From: an uncultured bacterium | Lineage (GTDB): Bacteria > Fidelibacterota > Marinisomatia > Marinisomatales > UBA1611 | Assembly (NCBI GenBank): GCA_965660855.1 | Contig: CBFIBM010000002.1 | Location: 64,973 to 128,972, forward strand | Length of the DNA stretch: 64,000 nucleotides | Reading direction: 5' to 3' | Shown here: one piece after another, positions 42,393 to 52,676 of the stretch | How positions within the stretch are numbered: position 1 is the stretch's first letter | How the letters are laid out: each line of letters opens with the position of its first letter | Program-made: the position numbers and the translations under genes | Notes under the pieces: generated by a model | What the model saw: only the letters and a program-made list of their open reading frames with translations | Database searches by the model: none | What the model was told of the DNA's origin: nothing

Positions 42393-43619
42393 ATGAAAAA
42401 AGATTTTGAAATTATAATTATTGGAGCGGGATTATCTGGTCTTACTTGTGCATATGAATGTAAAAAAAGAAATAAAGATTTTATTTTAGTTGAAAAATCT
42501 GATAGAGTTGGTGGTAAGATAGGATCAATTAAAGAAAATGGTTACATATTTGATTTAGGGTTTCAAGTATATAATACAAATTATATAGAGGCGAATGGTT
42601 ATTTAAATATGGAAGAGTTGAAACTTAATTTTTTTAAACCGGGTGCATTAATTTATGATAAAAACTCATTTAAAATTTTTTCGGATCCAATTAGAGATCC
42701 AATCACTGTATTTCATACTTTATTTTCTGGATTATCTACATTTAAAGATAAACTTAAAATATTAAACTTAAAATATTCATTAAAAGATTACTCTATTGAT
42801 AATGATAATACAGAAGAAAGTACAACATTAAAATTTCTTGAAGAGTATGGATTTTCAGAAAAAATAATTAATTGTTTTTTCAAGCCTTTTTTTTCAGGTA
42901 TATTTTTGGAAAATAAACTAGAAACATCTTCAAAATTTTTTAAATATGTTTTTTCAAACTTTAATAGAGGTTATGCAACCTTACCAAAAAATGGTATGCA
43001 AGAAATTCCTAACCAGCTTTATAATAAACTAGATAAAGGGTCTATACTTTTTAATAAAAAAGTTTTAAAAATTAATAATAAAGGTGAAATAACTCTAAAT
43101 GATCAACAAATACTAAAAGCTAAACATATAGTTTTAACTGGAAACCTTGATAAATTCACAGAAGAGAAAATCTCTTTTAAATCAAATTCTGTGAAAACCA
43201 TATACTTTAGTACTTCAATAAAAATTAAAAATTCAAGTTATATTAACCTATTTCCTCATGATGATTTAATAAATAACATTGCTGTGCTTACTTCAATTTC
43301 GGAAGCCTATTCAAATAATGAAGATTCACTATTATCAATTTCAATTATTAATACTGACATTGGAAAAGATGATTTGATACCAATAATAAAATTAAAATTG
43401 TCAAATTTTTACAGAGCAGAAATTTCCGATTTTACCTATTTAAAATTTTTTGATTTAAAAAAAGCTACGATAACTCAAAACGTGGGGCATTTTGAAAAAA
43501 GAATAAAGTGCAATAATAAAATAATTTTTGCTGGTGAATATACTACGAATGGTAGTATCGAGGGTGCTATTCAATCTGGGAAACAAGCTTTTGAGAAGAT
43601 TGTTTCAATGGAAAACTAA
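42393..43619 (+). CDS. FAD-dependent oxidoreductase (amine oxidase/protoporphyrinogen oxidase-like)
   Basis: IIGAGLSGL, EKSDRVGG, DLGFQV, SIEGAIQSG. Confidence 0.8.
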   Translation: MKKDFEIIIIGAGLSGLTCAYECKKRNKDFILVEKSDRVGGKIGSIKENGYIFDLGFQVYNTNYIEANGYLNMEELKLNFFKPGALIYDKNSFKIFSDPIRDPITVFHTLFSGLSTFKDKLKILNLKYSLKDYSIDNDNTEESTTLKFLEEYGFSEKIINCFFKPFFSGIFLENKLETSSKFFKYVFSNFNRGYATLPKNGMQEIPNQLYNKLDKGSILFNKKVLKINNKGEITLNDQQILKAKHIVLTGNLDKFTEEKISFKSNSVKTIYFSTSIKIKNSSYINLFPHDDLINNIAVLTSISEAYSNNEDSLLSISIINTDIGKDDLIPIIKLKLSNFYRAEISDFTYLKFFDLKKATITQNVGHFEKRIKCNNKIIFAGEYTTNGSIEGAIQSGKQAFEKIVSMEN

Positions 43620-43621
43620 AA

Positions 43622-44536
43622 ATGATCTTTGATTTTATTATAATTGGAGCTGGACTTTCTGGATCTTATGCTGCCTCAAAATTAATTGAAAATAGTAAAA
43701 CTGTTTTAGTATTAGAAAAAAGCCGTGGTATCGGTGGAAGGTTTTCAACAAAACCAATTTCAAATGATATTGTTGATTATGGATGTCAATATATGAACCC
43801 TAAAACTAAATTAGTTAATAATATTTTAAAAAACCTTGAAAAAAATAAAGTACTAAACCAAGTAGAGATAGAAGAAGGGAAGAAAGTGTACGTTTCTCCT
43901 TATGGTATGAATAAAGTACCTCAATATTTTGCTATGAATATCCCTGTGCTAACAAATACAAAGGTTATTAAGATAAAAAAGGTTCACTCCCACTGGTTGA
44001 TTAAAACGGATTTAATGGAATTTAAATCTAAATTTTTAATTTCATCTATTCCAATTCCTCAAAATATACAACTTTTTAAAAAAAGTAATCTTGAATTAAA
44101 TCTTTCAGATTTACCACAAATTAATTATAGGTCCTTTTTTACGATAACATGTGTAAGTGAATCTATAAATAGAACAATATTAAGTAAACCTAATAAAGAG
44201 TTTTCTTGGATATGTAATAATACTTTAAAAGGTCTTCGAAATGAAAAAAATATATACACGTTAAATACATCTACCTTGTTAACCAACCAATTAATAAATC
44301 AAAAAAAAGATAAGATAAAAATTCTACTTAAAAAGAAACTGGAATTATTTGGAATAGAAAATTTTCAAAACCTATCAATACATTTTTGGAAGTATGCTTT
44401 TTCTGATTCAGGGTCTGGAATTGATAGTTATTTGAATAATGATCTTAATTTAGGTCTTTGTGGAGATGGTTTTGGTCAAGGGAAAGTAGATGGTGCAATC
44501 ACATCCGCAGATATTTTGGTAAAAAATGTAATATAA
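43622..44536 (+). CDS. Renalase-like NAD(P)/FAD-dependent oxidoreductase
   Basis: IIGAGLSG, EKSRGIGGRFST, DYGCQY, HFWKYA, CGDG...V.GA..S. Confidence 0.8.
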   Translation: MIFDFIIIGAGLSGSYAASKLIENSKTVLVLEKSRGIGGRFSTKPISNDIVDYGCQYMNPKTKLVNNILKNLEKNKVLNQVEIEEGKKVYVSPYGMNKVPQYFAMNIPVLTNTKVIKIKKVHSHWLIKTDLMEFKSKFLISSIPIPQNIQLFKKSNLELNLSDLPQINYRSFFTITCVSESINRTILSKPNKEFSWICNNTLKGLRNEKNIYTLNTSTLLTNQLINQKKDKIKILLKKKLELFGIENFQNLSIHFWKYAFSDSGSGIDSYLNNDLNLGLCGDGFGQGKVDGAITSADILVKNVI

Positions 44537-44542
44537 AAATTT

Positions 44543-45451
44543 TTAAAAACGAAAAAGTGCACATTGAATAAATAAGTCTTTGAATGCTTTAACTGTATGT
44601 TTAATTGGTTTAGAATAGCCACCGCCCATAAAGATAACAATAGGATTTCCCTTTCTCTTTGCAAACTCAAGAACCATTTCATTTCTATTTTTTAAACCAT
44701 TGTGATCCAGTAAAAGATGACCTAGATTATCAGAATCTAAAGAATCAACACCAGCTTGGAAAAAAATTATATCACTTTTAATTTTTTCTAAACTTCGAAG
44801 ATTCTTTTTCAGTATATCTAAATATTCATCATTTTTAGTTCCTTTTCTTAGATTAATATCAAGATTACTTTTTTCTTTTTTAAGAGGATAGTTTTTTTCA
44901 CAATGCATAGAAAAAGTAAAAAGGTTATCATACCCTTTAAGAATTGAGGCAGTACCATCGCCTTGGTGAACATCTAGATCAACTATTATTATATTTTTCA
45001 GACTAAAGTCTCGGATTGCGATTTTGGAACAAACAGCTATATCATTAAAAACACAATAACCCGCCCCGTACTGAAAAAACGCATGATGAGTTCCACCAGC
45101 CATATTTGCTGAAATAGAAGAATTTATTGAAGATTTGAGTGCTCCAATACTACCACCCATTATTTTTAATGTTCTTTCAAAAATTTTATTATTCCAAGGA
45201 AGTAACCCAATTTTTCTTTTTTCTTTTATATCCAGTTTATCCTCAAAAAATTTTTTCACATAATCTGAGTCATGTGCTAAAAGGATATCAGTTATCTTTG
45301 CTTTTTCTGGTAGTATAAAGTCTATATATTTATTGTAATTAGAGTTTACTATTTCATTATAAATAAGTTGGTATCTTTCTTTTGGGAATCTCGATCTGTC
45401 ATCAATTCCATTAGTATATATTGGGTCGTAGTAAATATCCATAAAAAACAT
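44543..45451 (-). CDS. Zn-dependent histone deacetylase family protein
   Basis: GGTHHA, GYCVFND, DLDVHQGDGT, AGVD, GGGY. Confidence 0.92.
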   Translation of the reverse strand: MFFMDIYYDPIYTNGIDDRSRFPKERYQLIYNEIVNSNYNKYIDFILPEKAKITDILLAHDSDYVKKFFEDKLDIKEKRKIGLLPWNNKIFERTLKIMGGSIGALKSSINSSISANMAGGTHHAFFQYGAGYCVFNDIAVCSKIAIRDFSLKNIIIVDLDVHQGDGTASILKGYDNLFTFSMHCEKNYPLKKEKSNLDINLRKGTKNDEYLDILKKNLRSLEKIKSDIIFFQAGVDSLDSDNLGHLLLDHNGLKNRNEMVLEFAKRKGNPIVIFMGGGYSKPIKHTVKAFKDLFIQCALFRF

Positions 45452-45540
45452 TAATATTTTATAAATTAAAACTAGTATTTATTAGTTATAAATTATTTTG
45501 ATTTATTTTAAAAACTTAAATAAAAAAAAAGGAAATTATC

Positions 45541-47280
45541 ATGGACAGAAAGCTTGCTACAATTTTTGCTTCTGATGTTGTTGGCTTTAGTAAGATGATG
45601 GGCTTAGATGAAGTTAAGACATTACAAATTCTAAAGGAAAGGCGCTCTGTCATTGATGCTATTATAGATGAACATCAAGGAATTATTTTTGGTAGTGCAG
45701 GTGATAGTGTTATAGCTGAATTTTCTAGTCCCATCAAAGCAGCAGAGGCTGCAATCACAACTCAATTAAAGATGCGCACAATGAACCAAAATAAACTGGA
45801 ATCTGATCAAATGACTTTTCGGGTTGGCATCAATATCGGTGATGTAATGGTGACGGATAATAACTTATTCGGAGATGCTGTTAATATTGCTGCACGATTA
45901 GAGGCAGCTGCAAAACCATCAGGGATTTGCATATCTCAAACTGTTTTTGACATGATTAATCGAAAAATAATGGTCTCATTTGAAGATGCAGGTCAGTTGG
46001 ATTTGAAAAACATTGACTTTCCTATAAAAGCATTTCATGTTCTTGAAAATAAAGGTACGCCAAGATTTACTCAGGATTCAGATGAAGTAAAAATTAAAAT
46101 TAAAGAAGCAGAGCCAGGGTCTGTAGCGATACTTTTGTTTAAAAATCTAAGTAATGATGATGAACAAGAATATTTTTGTGAGGGTTTTTCAGAAGACCTC
46201 CTTTCTATGCTTTCGAGGTATAATAAATTAGTAGTTATCTCTAGTCATGCTAGTTTTGCATATAAAGAAAAGAAAAAAACATTTAAAGAGATAGGAGAAG
46301 ATCTAGGTGTTAAGTATTTGATACATGGTAGTGTCAGAAAATTAGGTAAAAGGATGCGAATAAATGCAAATTTAGTATCAACAAAAAATGAAGTGTCCAT
46401 TTGGTCAGATAATTTTGATCTATCAGTTGATGAAGTTTTTGATGTACAGGACAAAATTGCTGAAGAAATGGTAGCAACAATTGTTGGTAGAGTAGAAGCA
46501 GATTCATTGAATATCCTTAATATAAAACGACCTGAAAATATGGATGCATATGATTTAGTCTTAAAAGGTCTTGACTATGCAAGAAAAGGAAATATTATTA
46601 AAGAAAATACTGAAAACGCTGTAAAATTATTTGAACAAGCTATTGAGGTGGAACCATCTTATGCGAGAGCACATGCTTGGAGAGCATGTTCATTAGGAAA
46701 CCTTGCTGACTGGGAAGATTCTCCTGATCCCAGTATATTTGAAAAAGTAATAAAATCAGCAAATTTAGCATTGGAACTAGACCCAAATGAGCCAGAGGTA
46801 CATAGAGTTATGGGTGCAATAAAATTATGGTTTGAAAGAGATTATGACCTTGGTAAATATCACTTCGAAAGAGCAAGGGAGCTTTGTCCTAGCGATGTAT
46901 ATATAATTTCAAGGTATGCTACTATGTTAATATATTTTGGTGAATTTAGTGAAGCCTTATCAGAAATAAAAAGAGCTATGAGGTTGGATCCATTTTCTCA
47001 TGATTTATTATTTGGAGTTGAAGGACTATGTTATTTTTGGTTAGAAAATTATAGCAAATCTATTGAAAGCTTTAAAAAACTAAAAGTAATTAGAGTACAA
47101 AATTTTTATTTAGCTTTATCATTTTTCAAAAATGGAGATAAGAGATTAGCAAAAGAAAAACTTAATGAAGCTTTAACTGTAACTGGTAAAGATATTAATT
47201 CATTTATCAGTTCTGAGCCGTATAAAGATCAAACCTTTTTGGATAAATTAAAATCTGATTTACAAGAACTTTCTAAATAA
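45541..47280 (+). CDS. Class III adenylate/guanylate cyclase domain + TolB-like domain + TPR repeats
   Basis: SDVVGFS, AGDS, FRVGINIGD, GDAVNIAARLE; SVAILLFKNLS...GSVR; TPR motifs. Confidence 0.88.
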   Translation: MDRKLATIFASDVVGFSKMMGLDEVKTLQILKERRSVIDAIIDEHQGIIFGSAGDSVIAEFSSPIKAAEAAITTQLKMRTMNQNKLESDQMTFRVGINIGDVMVTDNNLFGDAVNIAARLEAAAKPSGICISQTVFDMINRKIMVSFEDAGQLDLKNIDFPIKAFHVLENKGTPRFTQDSDEVKIKIKEAEPGSVAILLFKNLSNDDEQEYFCEGFSEDLLSMLSRYNKLVVISSHASFAYKEKKKTFKEIGEDLGVKYLIHGSVRKLGKRMRINANLVSTKNEVSIWSDNFDLSVDEVFDVQDKIAEEMVATIVGRVEADSLNILNIKRPENMDAYDLVLKGLDYARKGNIIKENTENAVKLFEQAIEVEPSYARAHAWRACSLGNLADWEDSPDPSIFEKVIKSANLALELDPNEPEVHRVMGAIKLWFERDYDLGKYHFERARELCPSDVYIISRYATMLIYFGEFSEALSEIKRAMRLDPFSHDLLFGVEGLCYFWLENYSKSIESFKKLKVIRVQNFYLALSFFKNGDKRLAKEKLNEALTVTGKDINSFISSEPYKDQTFLDKLKSDLQELSK

Positions 47281-47345
47281 AAATTTAATATACAATTAAT
47301 GAAAAACGCTATTTTACCTATATTTTGATTTTATTAGATTTAATT

Positions 47346-49433
47346 ATGTTAAGAAAAAGAACTATTCTAGTCATTTTTTTATTTACTCCATTAATTGCAG
47401 GAATTAAAGTTCCTGTTTCTGAATTGGTACTTAAAGAACAATTTTGGTATTATGGTGATTCTAATATTCCTTTCTCTGGAACTGCTTTTATAGTTTCAGA
47501 GAAGACAGGAAATATAATCCAACAAGCTAATTATGTTGATGGTTTAGCTTGGGGTAAATATTACGAATGGTGGCCAAATGGTGAGCAAAAAGTTTATGGA
47601 ACTTACAGATATGATTTGATGTTCGGTCGTTGGAAATTCTTTTATGAAACTGGAAAAATTGCAAGTGCAGGTAGCTATAAAAATGGTATAGGACATAATC
47701 CCAGAAAATTATTAAAAAAAGTCCCTAAGGAGGGAATTAATGGTTTGTGGACTTATTGGAATAAAAATGGAAGGAAGGTAGAAGAAGGATATTATGATAA
47801 CAATGGCAATGAGAAAGGAAATTGGGCTTTTTGGGATTTGAATGGGAAAAAGCATTTGGGTAAAAAAATTAGTCATGAAACTTTTAAAAATAAAAATACT
47901 CTTAAACAATTGGATGGGATATATATTGTAGCAAACTCTTTTAACGATACCCTCATCAATCATACAGCAGCTCATGGATCAATAAAAAATGGTAGTTTAG
48001 ACGGATTATGGAAATTTTGGAATATAAATGGGCTTTTATCTCTAAAACAGTTTTATAAAAACGGATCTCCATATGGATGGTTTACATCTTACAATGAACA
48101 GAATGGGGGGAAAAGTGAAGAAGGATTAGTTCTAGGTTACGATTCCTATGGAAACCTAATTAAGGATGGTAAATGGATGATTTGGGATACAACGGGAATT
48201 CTAAAAGAGGAAGTTAATTATGAGAATGGTAAGCGTAACGGATTAACAACACTCTTTTCTCCCGATGGTAATCAAAATACAAAGATTACCTATAAAGAAT
48301 CCTTGCCGTGGAATGGGGAATGGTGCTTGTGGTATTTAGACGGAAATAAGAAAGAATCAGGTTACTATGAGAAAGGTAAAAAAAAGAGTCCTTGGATTTC
48401 ATGGTTTAAAAATGGACAGAAGAAATATGAAATAAATTATGAAAATAATAAAAAACATGGATCTTATACTGAGTGGAATATTGAAGGCAAATTGATAAAA
48501 GATATTAATTATGTTCAAGGAGTGCCTATCTCTGAATATTTAGTAGTATATCAAGGGAAAGGTTATACTGAAATTAATAAATATAAAGGGCAATTATCTG
48601 GATCTTACATTAGTTGGTATTCAAATGGAAAAAAAAAGGAAGAAGGATTTTATAAAGAAGGTAAAAAAAACGGTAACTGGGATGGGTGGTATTCTAATGG
48701 TGAAAAAAAATATAGTGCAAAGTTTATAAATGGCGGAGCAACAGGTATTTATACTGAATTAGATCAAAATGGAAGGGTTTTAAAAAGTGTTGAATATGAA
48801 AATGGTGGTATTATAAACGAATATCACGTCTTGAGAGATGAAAATGGAATTATTGAATTTCATAAAATAAAAGGTGTTCTTAACGGGCTTTGGACTCGTT
48901 GGTATATAAATGGACAAAAAGCAGAAGAAGGATTTTACGAAAATGGGAAAAAAAGTGGTAAATGGAATGGTTGGTTCTCTACTAAAAAAGTTAAATATAA
49001 TAGTGAGTATATGAATGGGAAGCGCTCAGGTATTCATCTCTCATGGGATGAAAATGGGAAAAAAACTCAAGAAATTATATATAATGATGGTAAAAAAATT
49101 AAAGAATTTTTAATAATTCATAATAATATTGGCTTCACGGAAGTAAATAAAAAAGATGGAAAACTTGATGGAAAATGGGTCAAATGGTTTTCAGAAACTG
49201 AAAAAGAAATAGAAGGCCAATATAATGATGGTAAAAAAATAGGCAGTTGGTCAATATACAGTAAAACTGGCACTGTTATAGAAGAATGGAATTATGATAG
49301 CCAAGGTAGAAATTTATATGAAATAAAATATTATGATAATGGTACGGTGAAAAAATATTGTGACTATTTTTCAAAAACAATTCAACACTACAATAGTGAT
49401 GGCTCAATTAGTGGTGAAAAAATTTCATTTTGA
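47346..49433 (+). CDS. Exported MORN_2 (YwqK-like) repeat protein (ORF track starts at 47325)
   Basis: Signal peptide MLRKRT...; many G.W..W..NG.K..EG.Y repeats. Confidence 0.85.
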   Translation: MLRKRTILVIFLFTPLIAGIKVPVSELVLKEQFWYYGDSNIPFSGTAFIVSEKTGNIIQQANYVDGLAWGKYYEWWPNGEQKVYGTYRYDLMFGRWKFFYETGKIASAGSYKNGIGHNPRKLLKKVPKEGINGLWTYWNKNGRKVEEGYYDNNGNEKGNWAFWDLNGKKHLGKKISHETFKNKNTLKQLDGIYIVANSFNDTLINHTAAHGSIKNGSLDGLWKFWNINGLLSLKQFYKNGSPYGWFTSYNEQNGGKSEEGLVLGYDSYGNLIKDGKWMIWDTTGILKEEVNYENGKRNGLTTLFSPDGNQNTKITYKESLPWNGEWCLWYLDGNKKESGYYEKGKKKSPWISWFKNGQKKYEINYENNKKHGSYTEWNIEGKLIKDINYVQGVPISEYLVVYQGKGYTEINKYKGQLSGSYISWYSNGKKKEEGFYKEGKKNGNWDGWYSNGEKKYSAKFINGGATGIYTELDQNGRVLKSVEYENGGIINEYHVLRDENGIIEFHKIKGVLNGLWTRWYINGQKAEEGFYENGKKSGKWNGWFSTKKVKYNSEYMNGKRSGIHLSWDENGKKTQEIIYNDGKKIKEFLIIHNNIGFTEVNKKDGKLDGKWVKWFSETEKEIEGQYNDGKKIGSWSIYSKTGTVIEEWNYDSQGRNLYEIKYYDNGTVKKYCDYFSKTIQHYNSDGSISGEKISF

Positions 49434-49467
49434 AGTCTGTTTAGTTATTTAAAGTATAAGATATATT

Positions 49468-49500
49468 AGACCCTTTTTTGAATAGAAGGGTCTTTTATTT
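49468..49500 (+). terminator. Probable intrinsic terminator
   Basis: AGACCCTT / AAGGGTCT hairpin followed by T-rich tract. Confidence 0.7.
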
Positions 49501-49559
49501 ATTTTTTTTTAGAATTGTATTATCTTATCTAAATTTTAAAAATTTTGGAGGTATTTAAA

Positions 49560-50522
49560 ATGAATTACAGACGTTTAGGGAAAACAGGATTGAAAGTAAG
49601 TGAACTATCTTACGGATCCTGGGTAACATTTTCTTTCCAAATCGGGCAAAAAAAAGTAACAGAAATGTTAAAACTAGCTTATGATAGCGGAATCAATTTT
49701 TTTGATAATGCTGAAGCATACGCTTCAGGAGAGTCAGAGAAATTAATGGGAAAGTCTATAAAGGATTTGGGATGGGGACGAGATACGTATATTGTATCAA
49801 GTAAAGTTTTTTGGGGTGGTAAGAAACCAACTCAAAATGGTCTAAGTCATAAACATATTATGGATGCTTGCCATGCAGCATTGAAGAGGCTTAAAGTAGA
49901 ATATTTAGATTTATTTTTCTGTCACAGGCCCGACCCAGATACTCCTATCGAGGAAACTGTTCGAGCTATGCATACTTTGATTTTACAAGGAAAGATTTGC
50001 TATTGGGGTACATCTGAATGGAGTTATGAGCAAATTGCAGAAGCCTATAAAGTAGCTAAAGAGCTAAATTTAACACCTCCATCTATGGAACAACCTGAAT
50101 ATAATATGTTTAATAGGGTTAAAATTGAAAAAGAATTTTTACCGTTGTTTAAAAAGTATCAACTAGGAACTACTATATGGAGTCCTTTATGTTCAGGTCT
50201 TTTAACTGGCAAGTACCTTGGTAAATCTCCAAAAAATACAAGAACTAGTTTAAAAAACTATAAGTTTATTAAAGATAATTTTGAATCTGATGAGTTTGCT
50301 AAAAAACATGATATAGTAAAACAATTAAAAGATTTATCTCAAGAAATAGATATACCGCTTGTAAACCTTTCTTTATGTTGGTGCTTAAAAAATAAAAATG
50401 TAAGTACTGTTATATTAGGTGCATCAAAAATAAGTCAATTAAAGCAGAATTTAAAAACCCTGGATTTTATAGATATAGTTGATAATTCGGTATTAAAAAG
50501 GATTGAAGAATTAATTTCATAA
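49560..50522 (+). CDS. Aldo/keto reductase (Kv-beta subunit-like)
   Basis: GGAGG RBS before ATG 49560 (MNYRRLG); GSWVTF, FFDNAEAY, HRPD, WSPL. Confidence 0.92.
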   Translation: MNYRRLGKTGLKVSELSYGSWVTFSFQIGQKKVTEMLKLAYDSGINFFDNAEAYASGESEKLMGKSIKDLGWGRDTYIVSSKVFWGGKKPTQNGLSHKHIMDACHAALKRLKVEYLDLFFCHRPDPDTPIEETVRAMHTLILQGKICYWGTSEWSYEQIAEAYKVAKELNLTPPSMEQPEYNMFNRVKIEKEFLPLFKKYQLGTTIWSPLCSGLLTGKYLGKSPKNTRTSLKNYKFIKDNFESDEFAKKHDIVKQLKDLSQEIDIPLVNLSLCWCLKNKNVSTVILGASKISQLKQNLKTLDFIDIVDNSVLKRIEELIS

Positions 50523-50536
50523 AGTGAGTTTTTATA

Positions 50537-51496
50537 TTGTACATAATTACTAAACCTGAAATAATTAAAATTTTAAATAAACATCAATTTGAAAATAGAA
50601 TAAAAAAAGGATTCATCTCCTATTCTAAAAAACAGGCAGTTATTCCACCAGTAGGGGAACTATTTTTTAAAGAGCCTCCTGGTGAAGTTCATATAAAATA
50701 TGGATATATAATAAATGAAAAATATTATGTTATTAAAATAGCTTCAGGTTTTCCTAGGAACGGTGAGATTGGATTAACTAACTCGCAGGGAATAATGTTA
50801 TTATTTAATCAAAAATCAGGGGAAATAGAATCAATTTTATTGGATGATGGATATTTAACTGATATAAGAACTGCAATTGCTGGAAAAATATGTGCAAAAC
50901 AATTTACAAATGATATCAAAACAATCGGAATAATCGGAAATGGTATTCAAGCAAGACTCCAATTAAAATATCTTTTAGACTATACACCATGTAGAGATGT
51001 AATGATCTGGGGTAGAAACCTTGGACATTTAAAACAATACAAAAAATCAATTGAGAAACTTGGATTTAATGCTAAAATTGCCTCTTCAATATCAAAATTA
51101 AGTGATATTTGTAATTTAATTATTTTGACAACATCAAGTAAGAAACCCCTTCTTTTCAAAGAACACTTAAAACCAGGAATGCATATAACTGCATTAGGTG
51201 CGGACACTAAATTGAAAAGAGAATTAGGTCCAGGAGTTCTTTCTTCAGCAGATTTAATTATTGCAGATAGTATTGAGCAATGTAAAATAAGAGGTGAAAT
51301 ATCTCATTCTCTAAACGAAGGTGAAATTTCTATAAATGATATAGTGGAACTAGGTAATATATTAGACAATACATCTATGGGAAGAAAGCATGAAAATGAC
51401 ATTACAATAGCAGATCTTACTGGAGTGGCCGTTCAAGATGTTAGTATAGCAAGTAAAATATTTGAATTATATTTAAAAAGTATTAATGAAATTTGA
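50537..51496 (+). CDS. Ornithine cyclodeaminase / mu-crystallin family protein
   Basis: LTDIRTA, IIGNGIQA, HITALGAD, DLTGVAVQD. Confidence 0.88.
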   Translation: MYIITKPEIIKILNKHQFENRIKKGFISYSKKQAVIPPVGELFFKEPPGEVHIKYGYIINEKYYVIKIASGFPRNGEIGLTNSQGIMLLFNQKSGEIESILLDDGYLTDIRTAIAGKICAKQFTNDIKTIGIIGNGIQARLQLKYLLDYTPCRDVMIWGRNLGHLKQYKKSIEKLGFNAKIASSISKLSDICNLIILTTSSKKPLLFKEHLKPGMHITALGADTKLKRELGPGVLSSADLIIADSIEQCKIRGEISHSLNEGEISINDIVELGNILDNTSMGRKHENDITIADLTGVAVQDVSIASKIFELYLKSINEI

Positions 51497-52595
51497 AATT
51501 TTTGATTTAGAAAGAAATCAATCTTTATATGAAAATAAAGTAGATTATAATTTATCTGAAAGTGGAGTTCATCCCTTAAAGATAGCCGAAATTTTAACAT
51601 CAGAAGAGCAAAAAGAACTATTAGAACTAGAACTATCCTATGGATATACAAACGGTACTGTGAAATTAAGAGATAAAATAGCAGCTATGCATGGCAAAAA
51701 TTTATCTAGGGAAAATATTCTAATTACTTCAGGGTCAGCTGAAGCTAATTTTTTATCAGTCCTTACGAAACTAGAACGAGGTGATGAAATAGTTTATATG
51801 ACTCCTAACTATTTACAAATTGCTCATTTATCTAGAAGTTTAGGAATTAGAATAAAAGAATTACCTTTACAGCAGAATCTTGGGTGGCAATGGGACATAG
51901 ATGAATTAAAAGCCTTAATTTCTACAAAAACTAAGATGCTTGTAGTCTGTAACCCCAATAACCCTACGGGGTCTATAATGTCTGATAGTGTTTATGATGA
52001 AATTGTTAATATTTCTAACGAAAATAATATGTGGATATTATCTGATGAGGTTTATAGAGGATCTGAATTAAATGGAATAGAATGCCGTTCATTTGCAGGA
52101 GTTACAAAAAAAACTATAGTTAATGGAGGACTAAGTAAAGCATATAGTCTACCTGGTTTGAGGTTGGGGTGGACGATTGGAGATGAGAAATATATTCAAA
52201 AAGCTTGGTCTTTACATGATTATACTGTGATAAGTATCCCAATTATGAGTGACTGGATTGCATCGATTATTCTTGATGATGATAGGAGGGGAAAAATTTT
52301 AAAAAGAACGAGAAATCATTTGATTAATAATTTTAAAATAATAGATAAATGGTCAAAAAACATTTCTGATTTGACAATAACAATGCCTGAAGCAGCAGCT
52401 ATAACTTTTGCAAAATTAAATAAAAATATTTTATCTGAGGACTTTGTTTTTTCGTTAAGAGATGAAAAAAGTGTCTTACTTACTGCTGGGAAATGGCATG
52501 GACTAGAAGGGTATGTAAGGATTGGATATGGAGCGCCAAAAACCTATATCAAAAGTGCTCTTGATAGAATATCTCAATACCTATTGAATAACTAA
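51486..52595 (+). CDS. PLP-dependent aminotransferase class I/II
   Basis: NLSESG, NPNNPTG, SDEVYRG, LSKAYSLPGLRLGW. Confidence 0.9.
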   Translation: MKFEIFDLERNQSLYENKVDYNLSESGVHPLKIAEILTSEEQKELLELELSYGYTNGTVKLRDKIAAMHGKNLSRENILITSGSAEANFLSVLTKLERGDEIVYMTPNYLQIAHLSRSLGIRIKELPLQQNLGWQWDIDELKALISTKTKMLVVCNPNNPTGSIMSDSVYDEIVNISNENNMWILSDEVYRGSELNGIECRSFAGVTKKTIVNGGLSKAYSLPGLRLGWTIGDEKYIQKAWSLHDYTVISIPIMSDWIASIILDDDRRGKILKRTRNHLINNFKIIDKWSKNISDLTITMPEAAAITFAKLNKNILSEDFVFSLRDEKSVLLTAGKWHGLEGYVRIGYGAPKTYIKSALDRISQYLLNN

Positions 52596-52676
52596 AAATA
52601 AAATAATTTATTTAATAAAACCTAGAATAGGTGTAGTATTTTTTAGACCATCTATTTCAATTATTATGGAATTTTT

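Noticed and set aside
45541..47280. Cyclase as a Pycsar/CBASS anti-phage system
   Set aside because: No adjacent cNMP-binding TIR or TM effector; TolB-TPR architecture matches signalling cyclases
47325..49433. YwqK-type toxin-antitoxin system
   Set aside because: No neighbouring toxin; the protein is a long exported repeat protein
52625..52660. Weak inverted repeat AATAGGTG/CATCTATT before the PMM gene
   Set aside because: Long loop, weak AT-rich stem and no clear U-tract; insufficient to call a terminator or operator
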